Shown here: in pieces, positions 9,601 through 18,080 of the stretch | Layout of the letters: every line of letters begins with the position of its first letter | How positions within the stretch are numbered: the first letter of the stretch is position 1 | Assembly (NCBI RefSeq): GCF_001194135.2 | Contig: NC_068983.1 | Location: 136,867,858 to 136,901,291 of the forward strand | Direction of reading: 5' to 3' | Source: Octopus bimaculoides | Lineage: Eukaryota | Length of the DNA stretch: 33,434 bases | The notes under the pieces: generated by a model | Told to the model about the DNA's origin: nothing | The model's input: the letters and a program-made list of their open reading frames with translations, nothing else | Databases searched by the model: none | Translations under genes and position numbers: made by a program

Positions 9601-10818
9601 GAACTTCTTCCGACCCTTAGATGAATTACTTAAAATTCCTTGTAGCACTTTTTGTTGCAAAAGATCATTAGCAAAAGCAATTTCCTCATTCTTCAAACGT
9701 ACTTTATCTTCACTAGCTTTCTTACTTTTATTGTTTGTTTGAACACTGGCAGGCTTGGTCTTGCAGAGGATTGGTGCGCTAACTATTTCTCCAGAATTCT
9801 TCTCAACCCAACTAGATTTTCGTAAAGTTGATCGAATCTTATTAATTTGTAGCTTTTTCATGTAATGAATTGTGGACAAATGTCGAATCACCCCCCAAAA
9901 ATAACGGAATTTAAGCTTCTCTTTACAGAGAGGGCAAGAATAGTAGCGCTTCAAGTCACCATGCAAGTTAATGACGTGATTCACCAAAGACTTTTTAGAA
10001 GACATGATTCGCTGACATTTCAGACACTTCAGGTGTTTAAAATCTGCCAACTCATATTTTATATTGGATTCTAAGTCTTTAAAGTCAGATGTTTCATTGG
10101 GTATAGGAGAAGATCTCTCAGATGTCGGCTCAGAAGTAGTTCCTTTGTCAAGTTTATCATCCAAATCTTCATCTTCAATATCTTGTGTGATCTCAGCAAT
10201 TTCTTCTTCACTCTTCGCCTCAGCAGAATTGATATCATTTTCTTCAGTAGCATCTGAAGACACAACTTTCATAGCAACTTTGGTGTTATCAATTGGCTCA
10301 AAACTGATGGAAGAAGAGCTAGAAATTTCTTTATTTGATTCATTCTGTTTGTTGGTCTTGTTATAAATCTGCCAGAAAGATTCTCTTTTGGACCCGTAAC
10401 AGTGCAACAAAGTTGAAGGTTTTTTAAGAAGGTTGTTTCTGACAAGTTCTACAGATTGCTTTTTGAAATCTGTGGCATCTGTTGGAAGTTCTGGTGCAAC
10501 TGTAACTGACTGCTCATCATATGTTGGTGGGGTTGCACTAGAATTGGTTGGTTTGTCTCGATTGCAGGCAAGGCAGTAGAAACGTTTGTGCGCAATGAAA
10601 TAACCAACATTGCGGAAGAGATTAAAGCAGACTTTACATTCAATGATAGTGTTTGATTCCTTGAGGAGATAATAACGGAGTTCTTCTGTACCATTGCTGA
10701 CACAGCGTATAAGTTCTGCCAATGACAATATCTGTACACCGGGCACCATATGTGGAGGAAGGGCAGAGAAATCAATGTCCTCACTTTCCATTTCGCTATC
10801 TTTACCTTCAATCAACAT
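6661..10818 (-). CDS. ZNF800: ZNF800-like multi zinc-finger protein (~1385 aa, 8 C2H2/C2HC fingers), apparently encoded in one large exon
   Basis: Uninterrupted 4.16-kb ORF. The N-terminal block ELIRCVSNGTEELRYYLLKESNTIIECKVCFNLFRNVGYFIAHKRFYC matches the ZNF800 signature as I recall it ([47 protein letters not shown]). SFEPID resembles KLEPIE, and DFKHLKC...CPLC...VIRHLSTIH resembles DFKQLYC...CPLC...VIRHITVVH. The track's GTG start at 10827 is part of the splice acceptor; the first in-frame ATG is at 10818. An upstream coding exon is not excluded. Confidence 0.88.
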   Translation of the reverse strand: MLIEGKDSEMESEDIDFSALPPHMVPGVQILSLAELIRCVSNGTEELRYYLLKESNTIIECKVCFNLFRNVGYFIAHKRFYCLACNRDKPTNSSATPPTYDEQSVTVAPELPTDATDFKKQSVELVRNNLLKKPSTLLHCYGSKRESFWQIYNKTNKQNESNKEISSSSSISFEPIDNTKVAMKVVSSDATEENDINSAEAKSEEEIAEITQDIEDEDLDDKLDKGTTSEPTSERSSPIPNETSDFKDLESNIKYELADFKHLKCLKCQRIMSSKKSLVNHVINLHGDLKRYYSCPLCKEKLKFRYFWGVIRHLSTIHYMKKLQINKIRSTLRKSSWVEKNSGEIVSAPILCKTKPASVQTNNKSKKASEDKVRLKNEEIAFANDLLQQKVLQGILSNSSKGRKKFRCQSCKKVFTQIKSLQAHLRDCTDWEHVTKSSSDFKQNGQSTKKSQVASKSHSEPAPSEELKKKETVSSNKTTILLPKRNDSEKSSTQKTNDGTSDLKTKESVKTSVQTDIQPCPSGLIPLQSASIIPQLPLPTRLPANMSNWTNPPLGKFISIGNNTCTTNKANSSLISSLTITPNAVPLSDQSKSVPTAAVPCIVRPLQTNTLSTVSVNDLPILLPTTALSGSATPTVSSQSSTNIVCSVAAPNTLCLVDNKQSQKPSPVIMSTVNKINPGDNSQIISDNVVPNILAAVDKKGQISLTAILLPANSQLPVTQLPNASVEKQNSTLITSQSNATVSNENKSLNHFVENKNSNVVSNGHVSSYSNDTITQGAEIQPLDDVKTLIMTKENMIQGQKVSESKTPDVEGDDFENSAAAKDKEDKFPVCKKERDSDITNSVSDGVKPSTVSSSNVSCQSSYKCTDVNSQLIHQESNSKCSTSPDITTVLDTSQDLSSFPEKHGSKANSQHLSKKTSSVSGHQIQRNGLKYNSAGIRDKKSALHSLIDSESLRCIQCTRSFSKMSHVRRHAIRHLGWKRYKCKFCSFSNYERSECKTHIKRRHLGKIAGLTVKLLDFYIVDLNNNDNQITSCDSKFFVKRKEVETLKLVSPSTTNLKTSTDDDSEEYTRVDSPEHVTSVSDCSDHKTSDLDSTDNDTSVSNSTDHVISVSEETSSANIKTGEKQDSEKILALIDTKSLKCLECSREFQKRSHLRRHIVRHLGLKRYKCKQCKFTSYDRSECRSHIERCHLGKVQGITVNSINCSIVMLSQSEENYQESQMEKSNAKETGIEQEIETSEDIDSNSCSNFMSNTTTATTTTSTFTMSSTSFNSLFSTSESSKTKVNKKPLNIAAGHKGKSPSKQASGKVTGSEKRKKSLGQVTSSKRQISPKKAKKVSSTQSSATTAKKLLADDLSVLNTRKGYYVKPNFLQLARSAKKIPKSKNN

Positions 10819-10826
10819 TTCATACA

Positions 10827-10856
10827 CTGAAAAGAAAGCAACAGAAAAGGAAACAT
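10827..10856 (-). promoter_or_regulatory. 3' splice acceptor of the ZNF800-like coding exon
   Basis: Minus strand reads tttccttttctgttgctttcttttcag|tgtatgaaATG: a long polypyrimidine tract plus CAG. The exon begins at 10826. Confidence 0.8.
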
Positions 10857-11239
10857 TACAAATTTTTCAAAAAATTTATTTGAGCAGGCCAATTCAGTAA
10901 AGTAGTGGCCTACTAAGTTTGAAGAGCTAGCTAAACCATTTTTGTAGCCCACAAACATACAAAGCAAATATAATGAAACTTAATGCAGTCACCTAGCTCA
11001 GATAAAAGCATCACATAGCATACGCAGTCAATGCAAGTTTGACAAAAGAAAATTCTCAGAATCACTGTAGGTAATAGCTGATGCAGCCAAAGCTGCAAAA
11101 AATAACAAATAAAAATAATGCCAATATCAACCAACATCACAGAAGAAAAGTTGCTATGATAACAGTATTGTATAACATGCACACAAGTTTCAGAGCACTT
11201 GAACTTTAAAATATTATTACTACAATATGATCATCGTTG

Positions 11240-11640
11240 TTCAAGAACTAGTACTTTCACATGTGTGCAATATCTGATGGCAAAACCTACATATTGGATT
11301 GGGGCTCTTTCTATTGACAGAACCTCACAACTCTGACTTTCAATTTCTTTCTTTTAAACTTCAAACTGCTATCTTTCCCAGTTCTCACTTCTTTCAAATC
11401 AAACAAAAGCTCATGTCGAATATTTGGTCAAAAGCAACTTCACCATCAACTACATCCCAGCATATTTAAATGATGCTTCTCTGTGCTACATTTATTCTTT
11501 TGCCTGCAATAGTACTCATAACCAGCCCTTAATCTTGATTCCAAGCCATCACCATACACTCAAAAGCACAGAGAAAAACATCTTATCCTTACTCTAGGAA
11601 TTCCTTGTCCACAAGTATTAATCAATACTTTTCATTCTCG
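11240..11640 (+). mobile_element. Penelope-like element, GIY-YIG endonuclease remnant
   Basis: Translation gives CNI*WQNLHIGLG (like CxxCxxLYIGETG), then HREKHLILTLGIPCPQ-IN (like ExxLIFxLGTLxPxGIN), followed by a pyrimidine-rich tail. Confidence 0.55.
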
Positions 11641-12290
11641 TAATCAACTTCACTCTCTATAACATTTTGGAGTTTAGCAACTCCTATCATTTTTCTTGTT
11701 CTCCTGACCTCAACTCACACACTTATCAAATTTTACACTGCTTTTGTTGTCTATCTTCTAGTCTTACCTACACCCATTTTCTTCCTCATTTTCCAAATTT
11801 GCCAGCCTTTATGTTAATTATCTTCTGATTTTAACTTTTGTCTCCCTCCCAACACATTTTACCTTGCAACCTCCTTTATTCCCCATCTTCATTCATTCCT
11901 CCCTTATTCTTCAAAATTTTCTTTTCTCCTTCCTTCTCTTTCTTCAGGGCAAACCAATTTATTTACTTTTTAACTGTTTATACTCACAAATTGCCAACAC
12001 AGATCTCTCGGATCCTACTTTGTTTACTTTATAGAAGAAAAAGTTGTCCTTGATTTAATTAATTCTGGTACTTATTGATCCCTGAAAGTTTAGACGCTGG
12101 AGAAACTAACTCAGAACACAAATACATGGCATTCAACACAATAATCTAACATATCTGTGAATCTACTATTTTGGAAAAGCACAAGGCCTCTTTAGGTAGA
12201 GCTTTGCTTGATTCAGTCTGATTCAGTATTTAACAAGTTATTTTTTTATTGAAACCGAATGATGATTCTGTCACCCACAGCTCTATTGAC

Positions 12291-12517
12291 AATAATAATA
12301 ATATTTGTTTTTAATTTAGGCACAAGGCCTAAATTAGAGGGTGGGGGATGAGTTGATTAAATTAGTCTCAGTACTTGCGTGGTACTTTATTTTAACAACT
12401 CCAAAAGAACGAAAAATAAAATTAACATCAGCAAGATTTGAATTCAGAATGTAAAGAGCTGGAATAACTACTGTAAAATATTTTTCAAACATTCTAAGTT
12501 TGCCAATCCACCACTCT
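12291..12517 (-). mobile_element. tRNA-derived SINE, array copy 1 (most decayed)
   Basis: (AAT)n, then aggcacaaggcc...gatttgaattcag (B-box-like on minus) ...tttgccaatccacc. Colinear with copies 2-4. Confidence 0.7.
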
Positions 12518-12740
12518 AATAATAATCCATTCTACTACATGCATAAGGTTTGAAATTTTGTGGTGAGGGGCTAGTTGATTACATCAATCCCAGTGCTCAA
12601 CTAGTACTTATTCTATCAACCGCAAAAGGATGAAAGACAAAGTTGACTTCAGCAGCATTTGAATTTCAAATGTAAAGCTGGAAAAAATGCCACTAATCAT
12701 TCTGTCTGACATGCTAATGTTTCTGCCAGCTCACCACTTC
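12518..12740 (-). mobile_element. tRNA-derived SINE, array copy 2
   Basis: aataataat...aaaggatgaaagacaaagttgac...atttgaatttc...ttctgccagctcacc. Confidence 0.8.
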
Positions 12741-12964
12741 AATAATAATAATCTTTTCTACTATAGGCACAAGGCCTGAAATTTTAGAGGAGGAAGCTCG
12801 TCAGTTATATTGTCCCCTGTGCTTGACTGGTAATTAATCTATTAACCCTGAAAAGATGAAAGGTAAAGCTGACTTCAGCAGAATTTGAACTTAAAACAAA
12901 GACGGACAAAATGCCACTAAGCATTTTGTTCAGCATGCTAATGATTCTGCCAGCTTGTCACCTG
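12741..12964 (-). mobile_element. tRNA-derived SINE, array copy 3
   Basis: aataataataat...ataggcacaaggcctgaaa...gaatttgaact (GTTCAAATTC B-box on minus) ...ttctgccagct. Confidence 0.8.
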
Positions 12965-13192
12965 AATAATAATAAGGATTATCCTTTCTACTATAGGTAC
13001 AAGGTCTGAAATTTGGGGGAAGGAGGTAAATCGAGTGCATCAACCCCAGTGCGTAACTGGTACCTATTTAATCGACCCTAAAAGGATGAAAGGCAAAGTT
13101 GGCCTCGGAGGAACTTGAACTCAGAACGTGAAGACATAAAATACTGTTAAGCATTTCACCTGGCATGCTAACAATTCTGCCAGCTCACTGCC
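12965..13192 (-). mobile_element. tRNA-derived SINE, array copy 4 (best preserved)
   Basis: The minus-strand head ggcagtgagctggcagaattgttagc...gttctgagttcaagttcc has A- and B-box-like motifs. The core is tttgcctttcatccttttagggtcgattaaataggtacca and the tail is (ATT)n. Confidence 0.85.

Positions 13193-13223
<31 letters not shown>
13193..13223. repeat. (AAT)~10 microsatellite at the SINE/Dong junction
   Basis: Read directly from the sequence. Confidence 0.95.
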
Positions 13224-13224
<1 letters not shown>

Positions 13225-13450
13225 CCCAGACCAGATGGTGTCCAGGGTTTCTGGCTCAAAAACCTCCCAATACACAGCTATATACAACCGTTTCTTACTA
13301 ACTGCATAGAACACCAACATATATACAACACCAATATATATGACAAAAGGAAGGACAGTGCTGATACAAAAGGACAAAGAAAAGAGAGGGGAAGTCAGCA
13401 GTTATAAACCTACTGGCTGCTTACCATTACTCTAGAAACTATTAACTAGG

Positions 13451-13578
13451 CCAACTGTAAAAACAATCCCAAAACAGACACAGAAGCATAGTGCAAGCTC
13501 CTGCCTGGGCAGCTCCTGTCAAACTGCCCAACCCATGCCAGCATGGAAGGCAGACAAAAAACAATGACGATGGTGATG
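13451..13578 (+). mobile_element. RTE-tail SINE 3' fragment nested in the Dong element
   Basis: ccaactgtaaaaac...caaactgcccaacccatgccagcatggaagg...gatggtgatgat interrupts the Dong RT between KLLTR and IADEIHNFLE. Confidence 0.7.
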
Positions 13579-13960
13579 ATAGCAGATGAGATACATAATT
13601 TTCTAGAAGAGGAGAACCTACAGCCAGAAGAGTAAAAACTATGTAGGAAGAAATCAAGAGGAACTACTGATCTGTTATATATAGACAGCAGAATATTAAA
13701 TGAGGTACAACTAAGGAGGAAGAATTTCGCTGTTGGATGAACAGATTACAGGAAGGCCTATAACAATGTCCCACGCAGCTGGCTCTTGGAATGTCTGAAG
13801 TTTCTCAGAATCAATGAGAAGGTAAACAACTTTTTCGGAGAAAGCAATGAAAGTGTGAGGAGTAGAACTGACATTTGAAAATGAATCACTAGGAAACATG
13901 AAAATACACAGGGGCATTTTCAAAGGAGACTTGCTCTCTCCATTACTCTTCATCATTGTG

Positions 13961-14206
13961 GTCCAGTATCATCCTCCATGAGCTTCAAGGTCTTAAGTTC
14001 AGCTTTCAAAATTTTATCCCATGTCTTCCCAGGTATCTCTCTTCCAAAAGCTCCATCCACATTAAATGACTATCACTTTGTTTATACAGTTGTCCTCATC
14101 CATGTGTATTACTTGTCTCTAACAGTGCAGTCTTCTTATCTACATTCTATATCTGATTCATCTTGTGCCCAGTTTTTCTCGAAGCATATTTGTATTATGT
14201 CCTTTC
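13961..14206 (-). mobile_element. RTE LINE C-terminal fragment nested antisense in the Dong element
   Basis: Minus translation gives LREKLGTR*IRYRM*IRRLH..QVIHMDEDNC..FNVDGAFGREIPGKTWDKILKAELKTL, resembling the RTE C-terminus (RRLRWxGHVxRM...RGRPRKTW). It interrupts Dong between LFIIV and PLTSILRK. Confidence 0.7.
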
Positions 14207-15388
14207 ATGTACACCTAACAAGTATACTGACAAGTATACTGAGAAAATCCAGGCCTGCCTATGAGTTTAACAAAACCATAATAAGAATAAATCACCTACT
14301 TTATATGGATGACCTCAAGATATATACAAAAAATGAACCAGACCTGGATTCTCTGATCCAAACAATGAGAGAATTCAGTAAAGAAACTGAAATGCAGTTT
14401 GGGATAGATAAGTGTGCAGTACTAATGAAAAGAGGCTGGAAGATAAAATCTGATGGCATAAAATTACCACAAGTCACCATCATTAGATCACTGAGAAATA
14501 ATGAGGGACACAAATACCTAGGAGTGCTGCAAGATAATGGAAAGAGAAATGATGGAGAAAGTCACTATAGAGTACAAAAGGAGAATTAGGAACATGCTCA
14601 AAACAAAATTAAATGGAAAGAACATCATTAAAGCCATAAATACATGGGCTATACCAGTCTTGAGATACTCTGCTCCCTTTCTGAAATAGACAGAACTTGG
14701 ATAGAAGAACCAGAAAGCTGCTAACAATGCACTCCATCCTAAAATATGGACTGATTATCTACAAGAAGGGAAGGTGGTAGAGGATTACTAAATACAGAAG
14801 ACACTATTGGTACTGCAATACTGGGTTTGAAAGATTGACAAAACTCAGCAAATTTAGAATCTACAGGAAAGGAGACAAGAGTATCAATCACATTTTGAGT
14901 GAGTGCAGCATACCAGCACAAAAGGAGCAGAAGTGCAGAGATGATTGTGAAGGCAAAAAAGTGTAATGGGATGTTAGTTGAGTATGTGGTTTCAAAACAA
15001 CAGAAAAGCAGTATGAACATGAACCAGAGGCTGTAATAGAAAATGAGAATTACAAGCTCTTGTGGGACTTTGCCATAAGACTGACCATACAATTGAGACA
15101 AAAAAACCAGATATGATTATAGAGGACAAAATAAACAGTGTAAGATCATAGATTTTGCAATTCCCAATGATAATAGAATCAATATCAAAGAAATCGAAAA
15201 AAAATTTTAGAAATATCAGGATCTAACCAAAGAGGAATCTGTGGAAGACCAGGAAAAACAGTTATTTCTGTAGTAATTGGTGCACTTGGTACAACACCCA
15301 GAATGCTACATAAAAGACTGAAAGAAATTGGAAATGAAACTCGAATTGTCGATCTGCAGAAAAGTACCATCCTACATTCTAGGAGGAG

Positions 15389-15390
<2 letters not shown>

Positions 15391-15432
<42 letters not shown>
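15391..15432. repeat. (AGT)14 microsatellite at the Dong 3' boundary
   Basis: Read directly from the sequence. Confidence 0.95.
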
Positions 15433-15433
<1 letters not shown>

Positions 15434-15539
15434 AAGAAACAATAAAAAAGTGCAACTGTTATTGAATGAACAATATTTCGATATATTGTGTGTCTTTCAC
15501 AAGTTCAAAATAAACATCTCAATCTACTTCATTTTGGTA
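15433..15539 (+). mobile_element. partial, more diverged copy of the adjacent MITE in opposite orientation
   Basis: Near reverse complement of 15589-15694. Confidence 0.8.
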
Positions 15540-15547
15540 ATACTTAA

Positions 15548-15721
15548 AGGATTGATGTTACTCCTCCAGAAATTAAAGAAACAATAAGTACCAAAATGAA
15601 GTATGTTAAGATGCTTATTTTGAACTTGTGGAAGACACGAGATGTCGAAATGTTGTTCATTCAATAACAGTCGCACTCTTCTTATTGTTTCTTTAACTTC
15701 TGGAGGAGTAACATCAATCCT
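15548..15721. mobile_element. 174-bp MITE with 41-bp TIRs and TTAA target duplication (Kolobok-like)
   Basis: ttaa|AGGATTGATGTTACTCCTCCAGAAATTAAAGAAACAATAAG ... CTTATTGTTTCTTTAACTTCTGGAGGAGTAACATCAATCCT|ttaa. One TIR mismatch; termini are AG..CT. Confidence 0.8.
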
Positions 15722-16085
15722 TTAAATATTAATAATAATAATTTATTTGTTAATGTAAAAGCTTTACAAGATTGAAAAATAATAAACAGGCTTCAAAACG
15801 ATTGTGCTGAATTCTGTGAACTGTTTTATAATGAAACACACAATTTTTTATCAATTTACATTTCAGAGTAGTCACCCTTGCCATTCTTAATTAGAATTAT
15901 TATTACCACCAATGATATTTCTGTATATTACAAGTATAATTTTAATTGATTAAACCTTTATCAAATATTTAGCTCACTATATTAAATACCAACCATTCAA
16001 AGATATACTCAGGGGAGATCTGCAACTACAAACTCAATCATCGACTAACTTTCAATCATAAAGCGACAACAAAATTTTAAAAATT

Positions 16086-16145
16086 ATGGTGGTGCTCCAG
16101 CACGGCCACAGTCCGGCGACTGAAACCACTAAAAGAATAAAAGAA
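16086..16145 (+). mobile_element. SINE 3' fragment with (AAGAATAA)-like tail
   Basis: atggtggtgctccagcacggccacagtc...gactgaaaccactaaaagaataaaaga. Same family as 21203-21420. Confidence 0.55.
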
Positions 16146-16259
16146 TGTTAGCCCCATTCCTTCATCTACAGCAACTTGATAAAAAGATTTTTGTTTTAAC
16201 TATTGACATCAACTTTAGAGATGAGACATTGATATTTACATCTACAATGCATTTCAAAT

Positions 16260-16740
16260 AGTTTGATTGCCAACCATTATCAGATGGCTCATTCCAAGAT
16301 ATGTACATAATACCAAACTGAATTTCAACAAGGAAACTTTATTTCTCAAGTAAGTGTTTATCCACTATGCACATGCATCAATGTAGAATGTTCATGCATA
16401 GCAACAACACCATTCAAAATATAACGAGGGGTGTCCTTATCTCATATACATATGGTTAACAACTGTCTAGAACTGATTTAGTCTTTAACCACAAGTAGAA
16501 AGACTTCAATATACAGTTTGGGGTTGTGATACAAACGTGTTATCACTATGAGTGATAGTTAAAGAATATAATAACTAGTATTTATTAAAGACTTTCACAG
16601 TATTAGTTATGAGCTGAAAGTAGGAAGATTGTTATATGTCAATGATTGCGTTTTTTGTGCTTCTGAAGAATATCAGGTTATCATGTTCCTGTTGCAGAAT
16701 ATTTTCAATGCCTTTGTTCATAGAAATACAGTATATCCAG
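16260..16740 (+). mobile_element. possible decayed RTE-type RT fragment
   Basis: VGRLLYVNDCVFCASEE resembles IxELLFADDCALxA, with a weak upstream QDM motif. Confidence 0.3.
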
Positions 16741-17559
16741 GTTAAAGTTGTGTAAAGATGACTTTATATATAAAAGCTTCCAAGGAGTGAAGAATCTTAT
16801 CATCTGAGTAAGAGAATCTGGGATTAGCGATAACACTGAGTGTCATTCTAGAGACAGAAGTGTGTGTGCTGTGATTCTACTTTCCTTCAATAATGAAACA
16901 CGAGGAGAAAGGTCTCTCCCTTAAACTGATTATTTCATTGGGTAATATATTATGTAATGGCCGAGTTCTCTCCCTTACTTTGGTTGTTACATCATTTGTA
17001 TTTTTTTTTAATGATAGTTTATTTACAGAATTAAATAAATAGTTCTAATTTCCAAATGAGTTGACACAATTTCTCAGTCGGTGTCTGCATCTTTTAAATT
17101 CAAACTCCTGATATGCACATTTGAAAATTTTCATGCCAATATTCCAGATCTCAACAGATGATACACCCTCACAAATTTTATATCTAATAGAGTGTCTGAG
17201 TCAATAATGGTTTGTGATAACTATGAGGATATTTACTTTCAACCAGTGAATGAGTTTCGTGAGACATCAACTTGTAACTCAAGTAACAGTCAACAGAATT
17301 CCCAGATCAATTTCTCCAGGCCTTAAAATTCTTGGTTTAAAAAAATGCAACATCAGGAGGACATGAAATAGAAAACTACTTCAGCAGCTGCTTCTCAGAG
17401 AGACAGTTATGGTATGGTAGAGGTTGGGGTTGGAGATGAGAAAGAGATCAAAGATGTTTGGAATGTGTGTGTTTGTCAGAGATGTATGAAGGGAAGGAAA
17501 CTAGTTGATATAGTTATGCATTCATCTCTATTGTGATTAACAGCTACTCAATGCAAGCT

Positions 17560-18080
17560 TTCATTATATTCCAGCTAATATTGACAAGAATCATTAAGCC
17601 GTTCAGAGGTAATGTTGTGATGGCATCACCACAATCTAGTTGCCAAATTATGAGAATATGCAATATTGAGATTGAATATGAAGAAAAGTTATACAAACTG
17701 TAGTCACTATTATTTACACTCAGTCCTGGATGGATATTATATTTTGTTAAAGTTTCATGTCCCAGCATTCTCCTGTGGAATTCAAGTTTGATGACCTAGA
17801 AGCCCCACTAGTTTTACCAAATTTTGTGTGACTAAAAATTCCACCTGTTAAACCCATCACTAATTTGATTCCAAATGCTAAAAACCTTTACTCAAAAGTT
17901 TTGTGTGAGTGAAAGGAAATTCATCAGACAAGAGATAAACTACCTAATCAAAGAAAATATCACAGAACTGAGTAACCATGGAAAGCTTGAGATGTAATAG
18001 TAAAAATCAAAAATCACAAAGAACATCTTGATACCTAGTTAATGCATACTCTTCTAGATGCCTATCATTCACAAGTTATC
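17560..18080 (+). mobile_element. Ty3/Gypsy pol remnant (RT N-terminus)
   Basis: KFIRQEINYLIKENITELS..W resembles FIxxEVxxLLxEGIIExSxSPW, followed by frameshifted TLLDAY (like TxLDAYPLP). Confidence 0.45.

Larger units (their letters stand above)
13222..15385 (+). mobile_element. 5'-truncated, decayed R4/Dong-clade non-LTR retrotransposon (RT plus restriction-like endonuclease)
   Basis: RT motifs in order: KPRPDGVQGFWLK; VLIQKDKEKRGEVSSYKPTGCLPLL; PEE*KLCRKKSRGTTDLLYID; DYRKAYNNVPRSWLLECL; RGIFKGDLLSPLLF; INHLLYMDDLKIY; FGIDKCAV; KYLG; IKAINTWAI; GGRGL. The C-terminal RLE shows LLWDF...KPD..I.D....C.IIDFAIPND...KYQDL...GALG. Multiple stops. Confidence 0.85.

Noticed and set aside
10449-10811. 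120-aa alternative-frame ORF overlapping the ZNF800 N-terminus, and other short ORFs inside the CDS
   Set aside because: TTG start, no recognisable motifs, and expected as shadow ORFs of a long coding exon.
10825-10827. GTG start given by the ORF track for the large ORF
   Set aside because: The G is the last base of the splice acceptor AG, so the bacterial-style start is an artefact.
12291-13223. CRISPR-like or satellite interpretation of the ~225-bp periodic array
   Set aside because: The units are whole tRNA-derived SINEs with A/B boxes. There are no short identical repeats with unique spacers, no cas genes, and the context is eukaryotic.
13978-14589. 203-aa ORF as a novel RT fusion gene
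   Set aside because: It is a chance chimera of an antisense RTE insert and the decayed Dong RT (YMDD). The surrounding Dong frames contain stops and frameshifts.
15185-15442. Poly-Tyr ORF (and the poly-Asn/Ile ORFs at 13165-13407)
   Set aside because: These are translations of (AGT)n and (AAT)n microsatellites.
17050-17350. Gypsy RNase H remnant on the minus strand
   Set aside because: Only a faint TNH / HI...DAD resemblance, and opposite in strand to the nearby Gypsy RT remnant. Too weak to call.
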